From positions 42,656,001 through 42,720,000 of the forward strand of contig NC_088860.1 of NCBI RefSeq assembly GCF_963853765.1: a stretch of 64,000 nucleotides of DNA. The letters run 5' to 3'. The notes below the pieces were generated by a model. That model had not been told where the DNA came from. It saw only the letters and a list, made by a program, of their open reading frames with translations, and did not search any database. Positions 1-14,565 of this stretch are shown here, piece by piece. Each line of letters starts with the position of its first letter. Within the stretch, counting starts at the first letter, position 1. This DNA comes from Magallana gigas. Taxonomy: Eukaryota. Both the position numbers and the translations under genes were made by a program.

Positions 1-30
1 AGATGATGATGATGATGATGATGATGATGA
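1..30. repeat. (GAT)n microsatellite, truncated by window start
   Basis: Direct reading of GAT repeats. Confidence 0.95.
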
Positions 31-351
31 CTTAAACGAAGAAACTGTTTGAATAAGTTCAATTATATCTGGAATACGAAGATGAAAAATAATCCGGTTT
101 AACGTTGTTTGTCTAGGAACAGCCAATCTAGATAAATGGGATTACAGCAAACAGTTATGCTCCATCACTGTCACTGCGCCAGTCTATTAATAGTAACAAA
201 CGTTCGATGCTTTATTTTGAGCTCGACAGTTGCATTAGTCAACACTCCAAGTTCTTAAAGAGTCAGATAAAGAATGGCTTGTAGCGGAAGATCACAAAGC
301 GATGCGTCTTGGATGTTGATGGCAGAATTATGTTGACAAAACATATCTATC

Positions 352-355
<4 letters not shown>

Positions 356-424
<69 letters not shown>
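356..424. repeat. (CT)n microsatellite
   Basis: About 34 perfect dinucleotide units; source of the ERERER ORF at 255-461. Confidence 0.97.
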
Positions 425-426
<2 letters not shown>

Positions 427-3063
427 CCACAAATGGCATTGAGCTCGAAGTTCAATAACATATGCCTCGTTTCTCTAAATTTATTCTACGACGAATTTGA
501 CGGTGCATTATTCGACCAGCAAGGTTGCCTTAATAATTTCTTATTCGGATGCGACTCCCTCGGGGAAAAAAAACCAACATTATTGACAAATAGATCAGCG
601 AAAAAGTGCCCACTCAGCGAAGTAATGCGATCATTTAAAGTATACTAAGCTACAAGATTAATACGAAGATATAGTCTTTACATGTACAGAAGTAGGCAAT
701 TTCAAAAGCCCATTCTCTAAGAAGAATAACAAGATTCGTCATTTTTTCCAAAGAGGAATTGTAGAGTAATTGATATTACTGTACAAAAGATTTTTTTCCC
801 ATTCTCAATGCAAAACCCGTGTTGCGATTTTAAGTGCAACAACATTTATTCAAATTTAATGGTGATGCATGGGAGTTTTGCATGCCACTCCACTTCGCAA
901 AAGCGGCTCCATTGATTTGTTATTCAAGGTCAATCGAGCTGATACATCATGATAAAGTCATGTGCACTGCAATGTAGGTTTTGTTTTCTTCGTGCAATAA
1001 TTATAGACCGAACAAGGACAAAACCGCCAGTCGTCTGTCAAAATAAATCATTCCGCATCATAATTTAAGATAGTCGGATGTTTTTGGCCATTTTTGGACT
1101 ATATCTTTCTTCTGAAGACAAAGAGCAGTTCATGTAATGGATATAAAATATAATATAACGTATTTGAGTCTAAAAACTACAAACTGAGGTCGTTCCTCTA
1201 CTACATTGTAGATATTAGCTATGGTTCATGGTCAACGAAATCATGCTTCAATTTTCTTTTACATTTTTTAAACTTAACAGCCCTTGAACCAAAACGAAAG
1301 GTGTATGAATACAATGTACTTATAAAGCCACAAAAATGTAAAACCTTCAACTTGAATATCTCAGTTTTTGTTGGTGATCAATTTGTTTTTGATAATTTCA
1401 TTACATTGTATATAGCGTACTTATGATAATTACATGTACAATAACAGGATGTGAAGAGTGCCCATATTTCATAATATTTACGTTTGCACCCTGTAGACTT
1501 TACACAGCCCTAGCACACTGACCTACTGACTGAGTGATGTGTCGGCGGAGGACGCACTACTTTCGTATAACAACTCGTTCATTCGAAAGTACATCGCTGT
1601 ACGCAAAGACATTTTGTTGTAGCAGCACGTTTACCCTTAAGCTTGTAACATTGAACTAGAGTTATGTATTTTAATAATGGCTATTTCATTACACATAAGC
1701 CCCACAGCTAAGTAATACGATCTTTTCTTTATCAGACTTTCATGCAGTTATCGCCAACAAAGAATTGATGCAGACAATTTGTTTATAATATGATGTTTTC
1801 TGCTTTGAAATTATTTCTTTTTATTTGTTGGTTACTTGGTAACCTTTTCATATTTATTTGGGAAGTGAGCATTGTTGACATTTTTTGTTGTGTTTTTGTT
1901 TATACTTTTTTTTTATTTTTATTTTTTGTGCTGTGTGTGTTTTTTTTTTTTTTTTTGCTTTTTTATTCTTTGTTTGGGGGTTGGGGGTTGGGCGTTGGGA
2001 GGGGAGCTTATTAGTTTCTTTTTGAGAATAATATGCTTTTGCTTAAAATCTTGATTTCTTGTTTCAGTTAGTTTAAATACAAAGTGTGCTCTTTAGGTGA
2101 TTTTAATGCAGCTCAAAATGACCTTTGTAAGGCCAATAACTAGTGTGACCCCTGACCTAGTTTTACGGTCACATCCTGGTGACATGTATCGATGCCCCGA
2201 CGGTGGGAACCCAACAACGAAGTCTTGACAGTAAGTCATTTTTCTCTTATCATTTATAAGGCTTATCAAACTAACACGTGTTAAAAATTTGTAGATTTCT
2301 CTTTTGTTCTCTGTACCATCACATACACATGACAGAGGTTAGGGAGAATGGTGTGTGTGTGTGTGGGGTGGGGGGGGGGGGCATAAACAAGAAGACAACT
2401 GATTATTCAGAATTAGGGGGGGGGCATAAACAAGAAGACAAATGATTATGCAAAATTAATCAATTCTACGTTCAGATTTGCGGTTATTGATGAAGCTTTA
2501 TCATTACTTATTTATAAAACAATACATTGCGATATATAGCCCGCATAACATGCTAACGATTTAAGAGCACGGGGAATAATATCGACATCAATTACACTAC
2601 AGAATGGCTACGTAAAATATTAATGAGATGTCATCTTATTAAGAAGGTTTTTATCTTTTATAGGTGGAACTACAGTTTGATGGGTTTATAATTGTTTTCC
2701 CGATATTTCAGAGGAATGTATTTAATCTTTTTTTATTTATTGATTTGTTTTTTATTACTTTTCCCCCATTATTTTTGAATATCCTTTAATTAACCACAGA
2801 AATCAATTGAACTCTCCAGAAGCACGGCAAATATACGTCAGAGCGCCAGACGGTCTAATTAATTTATTCCTCCTTTTAATTAATCACTTATTTTCTCATC
2901 TAAACACTTTAGAATCAGATAATTCACCATTAATACATTAGAAGTATGTGTAATTGCAATATATGATTTATAAATAGATTGCGTTTTGTAACTGTAGGAG
3001 AGGCATATGCAAAAGCTCAACGATTGGATTTTAAAAGAGATTACAAACCCTTTGGGTGTTGAA

Positions 3064-3065
<2 letters not shown>

Positions 3066-3125
<60 letters not shown>
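3066..3125. repeat. (GA)n microsatellite
   Basis: About 30 perfect units. Confidence 0.97.
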
Positions 3126-3127
<2 letters not shown>

Positions 3128-6082
3128 ATGTTCCTACTTGTGTATCATTCTTTATTCATTTTCCAACCCTTGTTGCGTTAACGGACAGACAGTTGGATGT
3201 ATTTACAGTATGGGATTGGCGATTTTTGTTGACGTTAAAGGATTATCAAACTATTTTTTTCTAAGGTATCAACATTGCATGTACAAAATAAACTTTCTTA
3301 TACTGTTAGGAATTCACTAATTGCTTTTTTGGTATTTGATGTAATGACAGTGCTACATAGACCCTGTGTGTCGCTCACAGCTAGTACAGACTCGCAACAG
3401 AGTCCTTGAAATCAAACACAGCTTCAGACCATTTCAGATGACATAATCTGTACGGGGAGAAGAAAAGCAATACACTTTGAACAGAGACAATCATAAGTGC
3501 ATTATCCAAGCAAACAACAAGAATCCATTTTTAAACCCTGCGACATGTTGGAATAACCGCCAGATCTCAGCGGAGTCAATTCGTCTGGGCCAAGTTTCCG
3601 CCGCCTTCCCGCCATTTTTTTCCGCCATGTTTCCGCTGGGTATTGGGTGATACACCGACGTTCTGATCAAGGGGAAGTAATTAAGATTCTTTACACCCGA
3701 TAGCATTTAATCCCCGGGATCTGATAACAGATATTGCCCGAGCGTTTCTTCTGTTACCATATCGGTAAATGGGCCGGAACGTCCTACATATTCCAGAAGT
3801 CCGGAATACGACCACAGTAATACCCAGGCCGTGGCGGGGATATACGCCGCGTTATTTACACGGCGACACAATACAGCGGAACAGTGTTAGGAACCAGGAG
3901 ACTGTTTACTTAATCTATCAAAATAATAGAATTACTTAAAAATATACTCTCATGTTTAAATATTCATTCAGCAGGTATTAACATTGAGGTCTATCAACGG
4001 ATACTTTTATCAATTTGTAGATCACAGCAAAAGGTGCAAGATTTAATAAATTAGTTCGCTGTTACATCAAGTAAATTAAACTTGAATGATTTGCTTATAA
4101 ATAAGCTCTAAGATACGGCCATTATGGCAAATCTCTTTAACGAATAAGTCTTAATTACAAAGCCAAAAATGTACAATATTATTCTAAACATAACCAAACA
4201 TAATCGCTCTCCAGCTAATTTGGGACACAATATTTATTATTACATGGACATGTTTTCGAGCTGTCAGATTTAAGCTATGAGCAATGCCGTTTCAAGGAAA
4301 ACGATTTAAATATTCATGTCGTACGGGTGAATGCACTAAATTGTTCTCAAATAGGACAATAAGTAAGATGGTGTCCACTGCCCCTACCTAAGGAGGAAGT
4401 AGAAAGACTCTAATGAGAGCTATTTCAGTGCAGCCGTCAACAGCCGATCTATTTAATCGATCGAATTAGCGACAGTTTGGAAATAAATACTGATATGTGA
4501 GAAGGCCGGGCTATAGAATCAAATTCAATGAAATACTTCCATTATTGATAAACGTTCTATAAAGAGATTCATAATACATACAGCTGAAACACAAAAAGGG
4601 GGGGGGGTTACTATTATTCAAAAACAATCATCAATGAAAAAAAAACCCACTTTGGTTATCTCGTTTTCCTTATAAATCTAACAATTCATAATTAAAAAAG
4701 CAAAGTGCAGAATTTCTTGTTTGAAATGAAGTATTTATTTACCCAATTTTCTACATCGTTTGAACTATCTAAAAACCACAGTTGATTTTCGAACCCGATT
4801 AAAAAGATTTATCGCTGTAGTGCGACTTTCAAAGAGAGATTTTTTTTAATTACGCAGGAATTTTCAATATATGCTAAGAACATGTGACCATGATACAATG
4901 AAGTAAATTTAATTAGAACACGAATAAAATAAATGAGTTATCGAAAGTTTAAATATAAACAACATAAAAAACACAATCACAAGTACCTACTTTGTCAAAC
5001 CGGAAGCCTTGAAACATTGAAGAGAGCTGGTTGGTTGTGCTGATTTTTAAAACTGTATTAATCGAAGAACAGCTCTGTATATATTATAAGATATAAACAA
5101 AAATATTCATATTTTAAACCTTTGATATTTGGATTTTTGTTGTTTTCAAAAAAAAAAAATAGTCAAAAATATAATATCTAAAAAAATAATGTTGCAGATC
5201 TGATTGGTGACCATTCAGCCTCTTTAATAAAACCTAACTTTTTTGGTCTTTTCTTGGTTTTTCTACAATTTAATTTTTATTAATTTTTTTATTATTATTT
5301 TTTTTTGCTTTTCTAACCTAAACGAACAAGCCAATCCAAATAAACAGAACACCCATTTATTAATATATATTTATTTAACATTTATTCTTTACGAACTTGT
5401 GAACAAACCGTCCAACCAATACCAAAGAATGTAGATGCTAGGGGCGCAGACATATCCGAACCTATTAACCTGTCATTGTATTAATAATACTGAAACCAAG
5501 GGTCGTTACCCTAGCTCAAACAATCCCGGCTCCGGTTAAATGATGGGGCTGCTGTTTGCAAAGGCCGAGGACTTTGTTACTTACACAATAGAAATCAAAT
5601 GAGATAACGAAAGCTTTAGTGGAAGGAAGATGTCAACAGGTGCATGAGATCGGCGAGAATGGAAGGCTGCGGTACCAAAGAGTTTAGCATTCTTCAGCCA
5701 TTAAAGAAACAGAACGTGAAAATCGTCCTAATCTCTCTATCAAACCATCGATTTTCCCCTAGGGTGCTATGTAAGTACAAGGAACCTAACTGGATCGACA
5801 ACAGCTTACAAAAAGAAAGGTTGTTTTTTGTTGTTTTTTTTGGATGTAGATTATTTTTCCGTTTGAATTTTCTTTCTAGGCCAAGGTCATTATAATTTTC
5901 GGTCCAAAACTTGAATTTATGTTTTATTATATGTACAAGTGTATTTTTGGAAAGATTAATTAGATAAAGAGAAAATTCATAGATATAGTGCATTTTGTTG
6001 TCCATTTCTGTTGTCCTGGAGCTTTGCTGGTTTTGCTATTGCTTCTGTTTCTACTGCTGCTGATGATGATGTAATAATGATG

Positions 6083-6237
6083 NNNNNNNNNNNNNNNNNN
6101 NNNNNNNNNNNNNNNNNNNNNNNNNNNNNNNNNNNNNNNNNNNNNNNNNNNNNNNNNNNNNNNNNNNNNNNNNNNNNNNNNNNNNNNNNNNNNNNNNNNN
6201 NNNNNNNNNNNNNNNNNNNNNNNNNNNNNNNNNNNNN
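6083..6237. other. Assembly gap (155 N) inside a degenerate (GAT/AAT)-rich tract
   Basis: Run of N flanked by GATGAT-like sequence on both sides. Confidence 0.98.
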
Positions 6238-8590
6238 TAATGATGATGGTGACAGTAATAATTAAGGTGATAATGATTGAACTTTGCTGTTACTAAAGAC
6301 CATTATGATAAGTACGGGGGGAGTTGCCGCTATTGATGATTCTCATGATGAAAAAAGATGGTTAGGGATGATAATGATACGGATCTTCTCGTCGTTATAA
6401 TGATGATGGTGTGATGCTAGTAATAATTCAAGATAATGTGGATATCTATTCTTTCCTCGTTTCAAGTACAGTCGCAATTATAGATTTTTTGTTAATTAGT
6501 CACGCGTTCACCTCATACTAAAAATGATAAGATTGTCTTGTTTTTCCCTTAAACTAAGAAGAAGGCATAGGGCATTGTCATTATGATTCAAAAGGAAGTA
6601 CATCCACAAACGAGAAAATAATTACCTTTCTTTTATACCATATGGGAATTGGGTTTTTTTCAATCACAATGTGTATCCTGAAGCTAAACAGTTGGATAGC
6701 CAGATTTGTGAATTCTGTCTAATTTTCTTTGTGATTTTCTTTCTCTCGATTAATTGCTTATTTATGGGTTTTTGCAGGATAAAAAAACTACCCGTTCCAT
6801 TGAAAATAAATATTATTAGTTTGTGTGCTTATTGTTTTCTACATAATAAAAAAAGTTTGGTTATCATACATTCTTAGGGGGGACATTTTTAATCATGACT
6901 AAATGTACCTGACAAGGACATAGTTCCTGCTTAACTTGCAAAGTATGCATCCATTTTGTGAATGGTTAATATTGAAATTGAGTGCACAGAAAACCTAAGT
7001 ACACGAAACTAGAGAAGCCGAGCCAGTGCAACAGTACTACATCGTTTGACCAAAAATCTCACTTCTTGAAATCATTGAAATCAGACCACTTCAGTATTCA
7101 TCCAGAAATAATTGAAAATATACTTTAATGAAAAGAAAATCAAATCTTTCAGCACCCAGTGAGTCTAGCTAGATTCTTCACATCAAATGTTCTTTAAATA
7201 ATGTTTATATGACCGAGTACACTTTTTCTATATAGATATACCACTGTAGGGCAACTCTAGAAATAACCCGTCCCAGATAACACATGTTACATAAATAGAT
7301 AATACTTAATCTAATCAATGTTGTTTTCTAACTCTTTTACGTAGGAGTCGCGTTCTGTACTGAACGTCTTTTTTCCCCCTTTAATTCATTCAATCTTGGC
7401 TGGAAACGCCACGGCCAAGGGCGTAGTTATTCGACTCAACTGGTCTGCAATACCGAACGAATTCGGATCAAATAAATTCCTGCAAGACCATTTTTTGAGA
7501 AGGGAATTCAATGGAACCCGATGTCAGTTGACGTGTAGAAATACCTGGTATTAATTCTATTGTCGGTTATTAATTCTATCGTCGTTTGCCTGTACCAAGA
7601 AATTAATAAGCCAGTTTGGTTGTTTTGGTCACATATACCATCGCATCACTTGCTTTCTTTCCAGTGGTCGTTTTAATACCATAGATAAATCGCTTTCGGT
7701 TTAACAATATTATTTGTATACGAGATATATTGTTTACCATCTGTCCTTTCTCGATACTAGCGGTACTCTGCATGAAAACTGCATGTCCTTATGTGAGGGT
7801 TGTATATGAAGGTATTAATTCTTAGAATTGAACAGTTCTTGTCAAATAATTTAAATGATAAGTTAGTATACTAAGACCTTACGAGTCATAAATTCCAAAT
7901 ATTACAGCATCTGCGTAAATAAAAATGGAAAAGACATCAATAAGGAATTTAATGAAACTTGCATTATTCAGCATTATGCATTGGCTTTCCTATCGGTACG
8001 TCTAACCGAGGACTGTATGGAGTACCCTTTAATACTGAAAGGTCTGTAGACAGATGCTAGTAGAAGACAAATTACACTGATAGCCAAGAAAAGCGTGAAG
8101 ATCAAATAAAAGTGTACCTGGGTTAGCATCTGATTTTACATTAAGTGTTTCTTTCTTATACTTATTGTAAATTTTTGTGAAAGATTCGGGCATTTCATTT
8201 TTATTTCCTTTTGAACCGTCGGTCCGTCAGACCTCTTTACTGTCACTAGAACTTTATCTACAGTTGCCGAATCATTTTGTAGGATTTGATTTGAGATTAA
8301 TCCTGCTGTAAGGATTATGAATTTTCATGTTACCGTTACAAAAATAACATTCAACGTCATATAGACGGGTATACATGTATTACTTAGTGTCTAAAAATAG
8401 TCGTAAGTATTTTTTACAAAACCCTAATCACATTATGAACGCGCGTCCGATATCTTTGAGATTAAAAACTCTTAACAGTTAACTTTTAACATTATACCGT
8501 TGTTGCTGGACAAGACATGCAAACTAATCTGTACTTTAAACGATTCCATTACCATATTATTTTATCGATTTTCAATGCAATGATGGAATC

Positions 8591-8755
8591 NNNNNNNNNN
8601 NNNNNNNNNNNNNNNNNNNNNNNNNNNNNNNNNNNNNNNNNNNNNNNNNNNNNNNNNNNNNNNNNNNNNNNNNNNNNNNNNNNNNNNNNNNNNNNNNNNN
8701 NNNNNNNNNNNNNNNNNNNNNNNNNNNNNNNNNNNNNNNNNNNNNNNNNNNNNNN
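8591..8755. other. Assembly gap (165 N)
   Basis: Run of N. Confidence 0.98.
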
Positions 8756-10799
8756 ATGCTTTAATGTTCTTTTTTTGAAATTGTGAAAAATTTGGTAGCC
8801 TCTGAAAAATATCTCGAACATTGCGAGACTTTGATAATAAATCTCTATATAGTTTGGAAGTCGCAGATGTATTGTCCTTCCGGATTAACAATGCAAGATT
8901 TATTTTTTGTGACAGAAATAGACAATACACTCACAGTGCGAAACCCATCATCACGCCAATCAAAACCCGCCATCGTCTCCCAGAATGCATATTACAACAC
9001 CCCGGATTGACGATAATGCGGAGAAGAAGAAATATAGTGCCATGAAAGATATCGTAACGCCAACGTCTAAGGATGCCCACGTCAAAACACAAAGAGCTTA
9101 TCGTACATCAATTGATATTTGGTACTACAAGAAATAGTAGAAGGACAATTCAGATAGACAGAAAGAGGACAGATAAAATGAATTCGCCGACACATGCAAT
9201 CACTTATTCCTAGATTTATACTTGATTAAAAAGCCATTGTTGAACCTTTACAGTGAAATGAACACTGTAGATAACGGGTTTTTATTTTGGAAAAAGTACC
9301 AATGTCCTTCAAGTTAGTTAATCATGATCAAATATGTAAGCTCTAGGCTATAAGCGTTGGTGTGACATTGGCTCTGTCCTTTTCTTTTCAATTTTTTTTC
9401 TTGGGGGGGGGGGGGGGGGCTTTTCATCTATCTATACTTACAAATTTACACATTTTGCTAATAAACTACGAAACGCCTACACCAGAGTAACTGCTTACAC
9501 CTTTATTATTTCAACACGTGTGAGATGATGTCCGTATGCTATAAGTGAATTTTGACTCATAATTAATTTTGTGATATTAATCAAAAACCTACTTTCATTT
9601 TCGATAAACAAGCCCGAAATAGCAAAAATGAGAGAAAGATGGTGTACACGCTTTGGCGGATCCAAATCAGTTGGAGTTCGCATCAAAATATATACTTGTA
9701 ATGAAATGATATTTAATGATTACGTAACCAGTGAATGTATTTACTAGGAACTTACTTTTAGATTACATATAGAAGTTAAGATTTGACAAATGTTGAAGAA
9801 AAGAAATAAGGCAATTCGTTTCTTGAATGCGTGATTTAAGTTTGATAGATAGAAGCTAGCGAAGCGCGATCTCTCGCGAGAGTGGAATAGAACATAATGA
9901 TTCCAGAACGAGGTAACAAAGAATGCGGTTTGACTAATTAACGTCATGGTAAAAAGTGTAGGACTAGTTCATCTTGCATCGTATGCAGATAGCTTTGCCT
10001 TGGATGTGACATAAATAAAATGGAACAAATTAATGCGATTACAATTTTGATGGTAAGAATTTTCCAGATTGGTGCGCCCAGGAACGCGGTTTGACTAATT
10101 TTACATCATGTGGAAAGTGAAGGGCGAGTTAACCATCGGTCAGATACTTTGGATATGACAACTTTCATTTAAAATTTGCAAATAGGTATGCAAACACTGA
10201 TATTTTTTAATTTCATACACTTTTATCATTTTTATACCACGACAGATTGGTAGTAAACCATTAATTTGTAAACAATGAACAGATTGTGTTCAAAGTCTAT
10301 AAAATGATGATAAAATGATGTCTATGATATGATGCATGCATTAAACGGGGAAGTTAGTGGGGGGGGGGGGGGGGGTGACCACCCTCTCCAAATGTGGTTT
10401 TTTAAACGGTCTTTTATCTGAAATTCTCATTTGTGGCAGTGATAAAAATTATAGTGAAACTTGACCTAAAGTACAAAATTAATAGAGATACGACGTCCTA
10501 TATACGCATTCAGTGGTTTTAAAAAGTTTTAATTGTTATAATTTCTACTCAGCTGCATCAAGATGAGTTCAGGTCACGTACATGTATATACATCATTTAA
10601 TTCAGTTAAGATGTTTTATCCCTGGTCGCTTATCTAAATATTCAGCGCCTTGAAGTTGTTGGGTTTTTTTTAGTTTTAAAGAATATGTTAAAAAGCATCT
10701 GAGAAACAATTCGGACACAGTACATACGAAAATGAAAAAAATATTTATATAATGGCTCAACATTTTAGCATTGTGTCATTTATGTGTAAAGTGTTAATT

Positions 10800-10826
10800 C
10801 CCGCACTTGCGCGGGATATCATCTAG
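10800..10826 (+). mobile_element. Helitron-type 3' terminus
   Basis: GC hairpin CCCGC-acttgc-GCGGG, then 7 nt, then CTAG followed by T. This is the canonical Helitron 3' signature. The 5' end was not located. Confidence 0.6.
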
Positions 10827-11051
10827 TTAGAGAGACTAATCTTATACTGCATAGGGCATGATGTGAAAATCAAATCCTTATATATTCCCAAACGTATTTA
10901 CAGACTTTTAGTTGATTTAATGTGTAAATCACCTTACATCTCAAGGATTACGTTTATTCAAAATTAAAAAAAAAAAAACCCTTGAAGAGAATGAAAAACC
11001 ATCTATTGCGTGTTATAGACCTTGTATTGTAGTGTTATTTTTCACGTTCAA

Positions 11052-11076
11052 AAAAGTAGGTCAATGACCTACTTTT
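11052..11076. repeat. Perfect 12+1+12 palindrome
   Basis: AAAAGTAGGTCA-A-TGACCTACTTTT; probably an internal part of an AT-rich non-autonomous element. Confidence 0.8.
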
Positions 11077-13107
11077 GGAGTTAATGGCCATTGGATATTT
11101 TTTGAAAATTTATGTAAATTCCCTTAAAAAATTTACACTATGACTAAGATTTTCTTATTTGTGAAAATAATGCAAATTGCTAAACTCTTTAAAAATGAAA
11201 TAGAGTTTATGAATGACAGTGGCACTAAATAGATACAAAGCATTGAGTTTTCATTTACAATTTTTATAAATATTCCGACCCGAATTTCTTCTATCAGTTT
11301 TCAAATCTGCACCCTCTTTTGATTCAATTTAACAAAAAATTGAGTGATGATAAAACATAAACATTTATATTGACCTTATTCTGTTTGCATAAAATTTATA
11401 TGGGATCAAAGGTCAAAATACCAGGTATTGAGATATGGTGGCTTTTATCGTTTATAAGCATTTTTCAATATTTTTGTAGCGTGTGCCATACGTTTATCTT
11501 AATGAAAAAGTGAGATAAAACCAACAGAAAATATGCAAAATTATGTTGACTAACAAATAAAATTTTAACTTTGATATTTTTGTAATATCAAAATTATTTC
11601 AGTGAAAAACAAATTAAATCTGAAAAATTTAGTCAGAATTTCCACTTTTTTGCTATAAGCCCAATTTCGTTTAATTCCATAATAAAGTAAAAAGTATTGA
11701 ATGTTATGTCAATAATAATTCATTTAATTAACTTTCCGTGTTTAGAAAAAATATTCCTTAAGTTATGACATTGAACTTTCTAACAATCCGAATTTGAGAA
11801 CTCAAACCCTGAGTAAACAACATCCTTAAACCTTACAACGCCCTGTCTTATGTTATGAATAATTGTAAAAGGTGTTTGCATATCATTCTTTACAAAGATT
11901 GTAATTTTATCAATATATTTAAATGGACAAATAACATTTAAATATAGCAGATTAAAAAAAAAGATTGTGATTAATACAAAAATAGATTGGACCTTTCTAT
12001 TTACAAAATTACTGTCAGTCGAAACAGATTCTATATATAGTAATATTTGATCATTTATATTGTATTAAATCACAAATCACAGAGCGCAGTTTATCCTATG
12101 AAAATAAAAACAAATGATAACCATTATCAATTTCTCAACATCATTACTTAATACTTAATATTGTTATCAAGGAAATAAAGAAAAACATGCACTGCTAAAT
12201 TCAGATGTATAATCCCCTTCCGGCGGAAGTATACAGATGAAGAAGCGCATCTACAAAGAAGTGAACTTCATACTAACGATGTTGTTGTACATGTAGTAAA
12301 AGAGGTGATTGATTTCACAAAATTTGACACTAAAAAGCAAAATTATATAAAATGCAAAATCAAATTTTAACTGAAGAATGCTTTTGAACACTTAATGTCT
12401 AGGTGCGTTTATGTGTGATCAACACCAACATTACCTATGTTAAAAAAGTTAGTGTTAATTCTGATAATGAAAATTAATAATAATTGTGTTTGCTACTTTC
12501 ACTTAATTCACTGGTTACCTTTTAACGTGCATTTGTTTAATATATAGATAAATATGATTTTCAAGTATTTTATAGATTTTAGAAAAGAAACCGAGCTCGC
12601 TGACAACAACCTCTCTCTCTCTTCCTTCCAATTTAAGTAAACTATCGCGAAAAGGTTACACAAAAGATGGGTACTATTCAAACCCCCCTGTATTTACCTT
12701 TCAAACCAAACAAGAGCGTTGGCAAAAGCAATTAATAAAATGTGTTTAAAATGAATGGATTGGTCGCCAGTAGTGTGGATCTTTATACTCGTAAAGCTCC
12801 GTATTTTGTCATATTAATGATGAACAAACAGTTTGATTAAAATAAAACTAATACCTCGTTCATTGATTGACAATTAATCAGGAACGCTACGAATTAAAAA
12901 ATCGGTTCCGGACGAGCGATTCGAGCCATTCTCCTCAAACTCTCTGTTTTTAGAACTCATAAATACAATTATGTACCAAATTATCGTGACGGCTATTACG
13001 TTAAAAACCAAACTGCGTTGTTTCTTCTCACCTTTGCTTCGTATAATCGGAATAGAGTAAAATTGACATCTTATTAAAACAACTTATACGGGTTTTCTTT
13101 CTTTTTA

Positions 13108-13434
13108 TTAAGGTGGTATGGGACATTTGTCGATATTAATGTGGATTAAAGTACATTAAATCAAAAAACTTTCACCGGTTTAGAATTTTCAAATTTTACA
13201 CTATTTAACAAAAAAAAATAGTTTTTTTGAAATTTTTTGGAGAGGTTGAAAATGTAAAACCCCCAGCGGGATTCGAACTCATGACTTACAGATTCGTACT
13301 AAACCCTCTAACCCACTGTGCCACGCTGTTAGGTGATAATATTGAGAAAGAAACTACTTATATGATTAGACTTCATTGTATTGTTTATTTCGATAAACAT
13401 ATAACGTCACAACATGGAGGTGTCCCATACCACA
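13108..13434. mobile_element. Short TIR element (MITE) with TTAA at its left end (Kolobok/piggyBac-like target site)
   Basis: TTAA at 13108-13111; left TIR (G)GTGGTATGGGACA 13112-13125; right TIR TGTCCCATACCAC 13421-13433. The right TTAA is degenerate. Superfamily is inferred from TTAA only. Confidence 0.7.
13260..13327 (-). pseudogene. tRNA-derived sequence (Pol III A and B boxes) inside the MITE
   Basis: Minus strand reads AGCGTGGCACAGTGGGTTAGAGGG...GAGTTCGAATCCCGCTGGGGG: A box TGGCACAGTGG and B box GTTCGAATCC. Acceptor and anticodon stems do not pair, so it is not an intact tRNA. Confidence 0.65.
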
Positions 13435-14565
13435 TTTATTCTTCATAAGCAAAAATTACAGTTAAAAAAAATACTTATCAAAGATCTTTGTGTGTGTACT
13501 GAAAAACCGCCACTTGGACGAGAACCCCCCAGATTTTATTATATACCCTCCGGCCATTTTATGTGCAAGAATGCCCCTTTTGTCAGAAAGCGACTTGACT
13601 GTATTTAAAGCTCCGGCGCTCACGTCTTGATTGGAGCGGTACCAATCTAATTTCATTGAACTGAATAGCAAACATGCAATATATTTTATTTCCAGGAGAT
13701 AAGTGACGACGATTAACCCTCCGTTTGGAATTAAAACGCATATTCCTCCGCGGGCGACCGCGCTGCGAAAAAAAACCAGAAATCGACCGGGAATTTGATC
13801 GATCGGATAAAAACGGGTTACGAAGTCGAAAATTCCATAAGAACCCAAGCATTGCAAATGGTTGTCCAAATAAATTGCTGTCAGAAGCGACATCAAGATG
13901 ATATATATGTGACTGTAGAACCAGATCATTATTTTAGGAAACAACGAAATTACAACACACGGGAGAAATATTCATCGGATTTTCCAATACACGTACCGTT
14001 GTCAACCGCGTTCGATGTTTAGTCGTAATCTTTTCCCGTCTGCGGCTGTCTGATATCTTGTTTTTATGTGTAATGGTATAACTTTTATAAAATCCTTTCA
14101 AATCGATGGTCCATTGTTATGGGGTTGATTAGGGATAGAAATACCCCGTTTACCTAAATTTCCACCGAGTTTAATTTTGTAACAATGCAAATTCATGGTC
14201 TATATTTGAACATATCACTTGGAATATTCTTGGGACTAATTTCACCAACAAAGCAAGGTATTTAGCCCCATTCCTTTAATGGTCTTACTTGTTTACCTAA
14301 ATTCAAGCATGGAAAATAGCGGCATAAAATTAATCTTAGGAATTTTACCAAATTCTCCATACTGACAAATGTTTGCTATATATATATATATATATACCAC
14401 ATCCCTACTTCTTATCAATCAGTGATAGGAAATGTGCACTCGATTGAGATGAACAATACTGAGACTTTTATTGTTGTTTTAATTTATTATAGCTTATTGG
14501 AGGAGGGGTGATTTCGGATGGAAATTATACATTTGAGATTCGAAGGGTTAATATTTCAGGATAAA

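Noticed and set aside
6011-8930. ORFs spanning the N gaps
   Set aside because: They are open only because N codons contain no stops.
8890-9050. Possible minus-strand exon ending in a GTGAGT donor, as a candidate downstream CNG exon
   Set aside because: None of the three frames resembles a C-linker or CNBD.
9871-9882. CTCTCGCGAGAG palindrome (TCTCGCGAGA promoter motif)
   Set aside because: A single 12-bp palindrome deep in an intron with no other promoter evidence.
13260-13327. Functional tRNA gene
   Set aside because: A and B boxes are present but the acceptor and anticodon stems do not pair, and it is embedded in a MITE.
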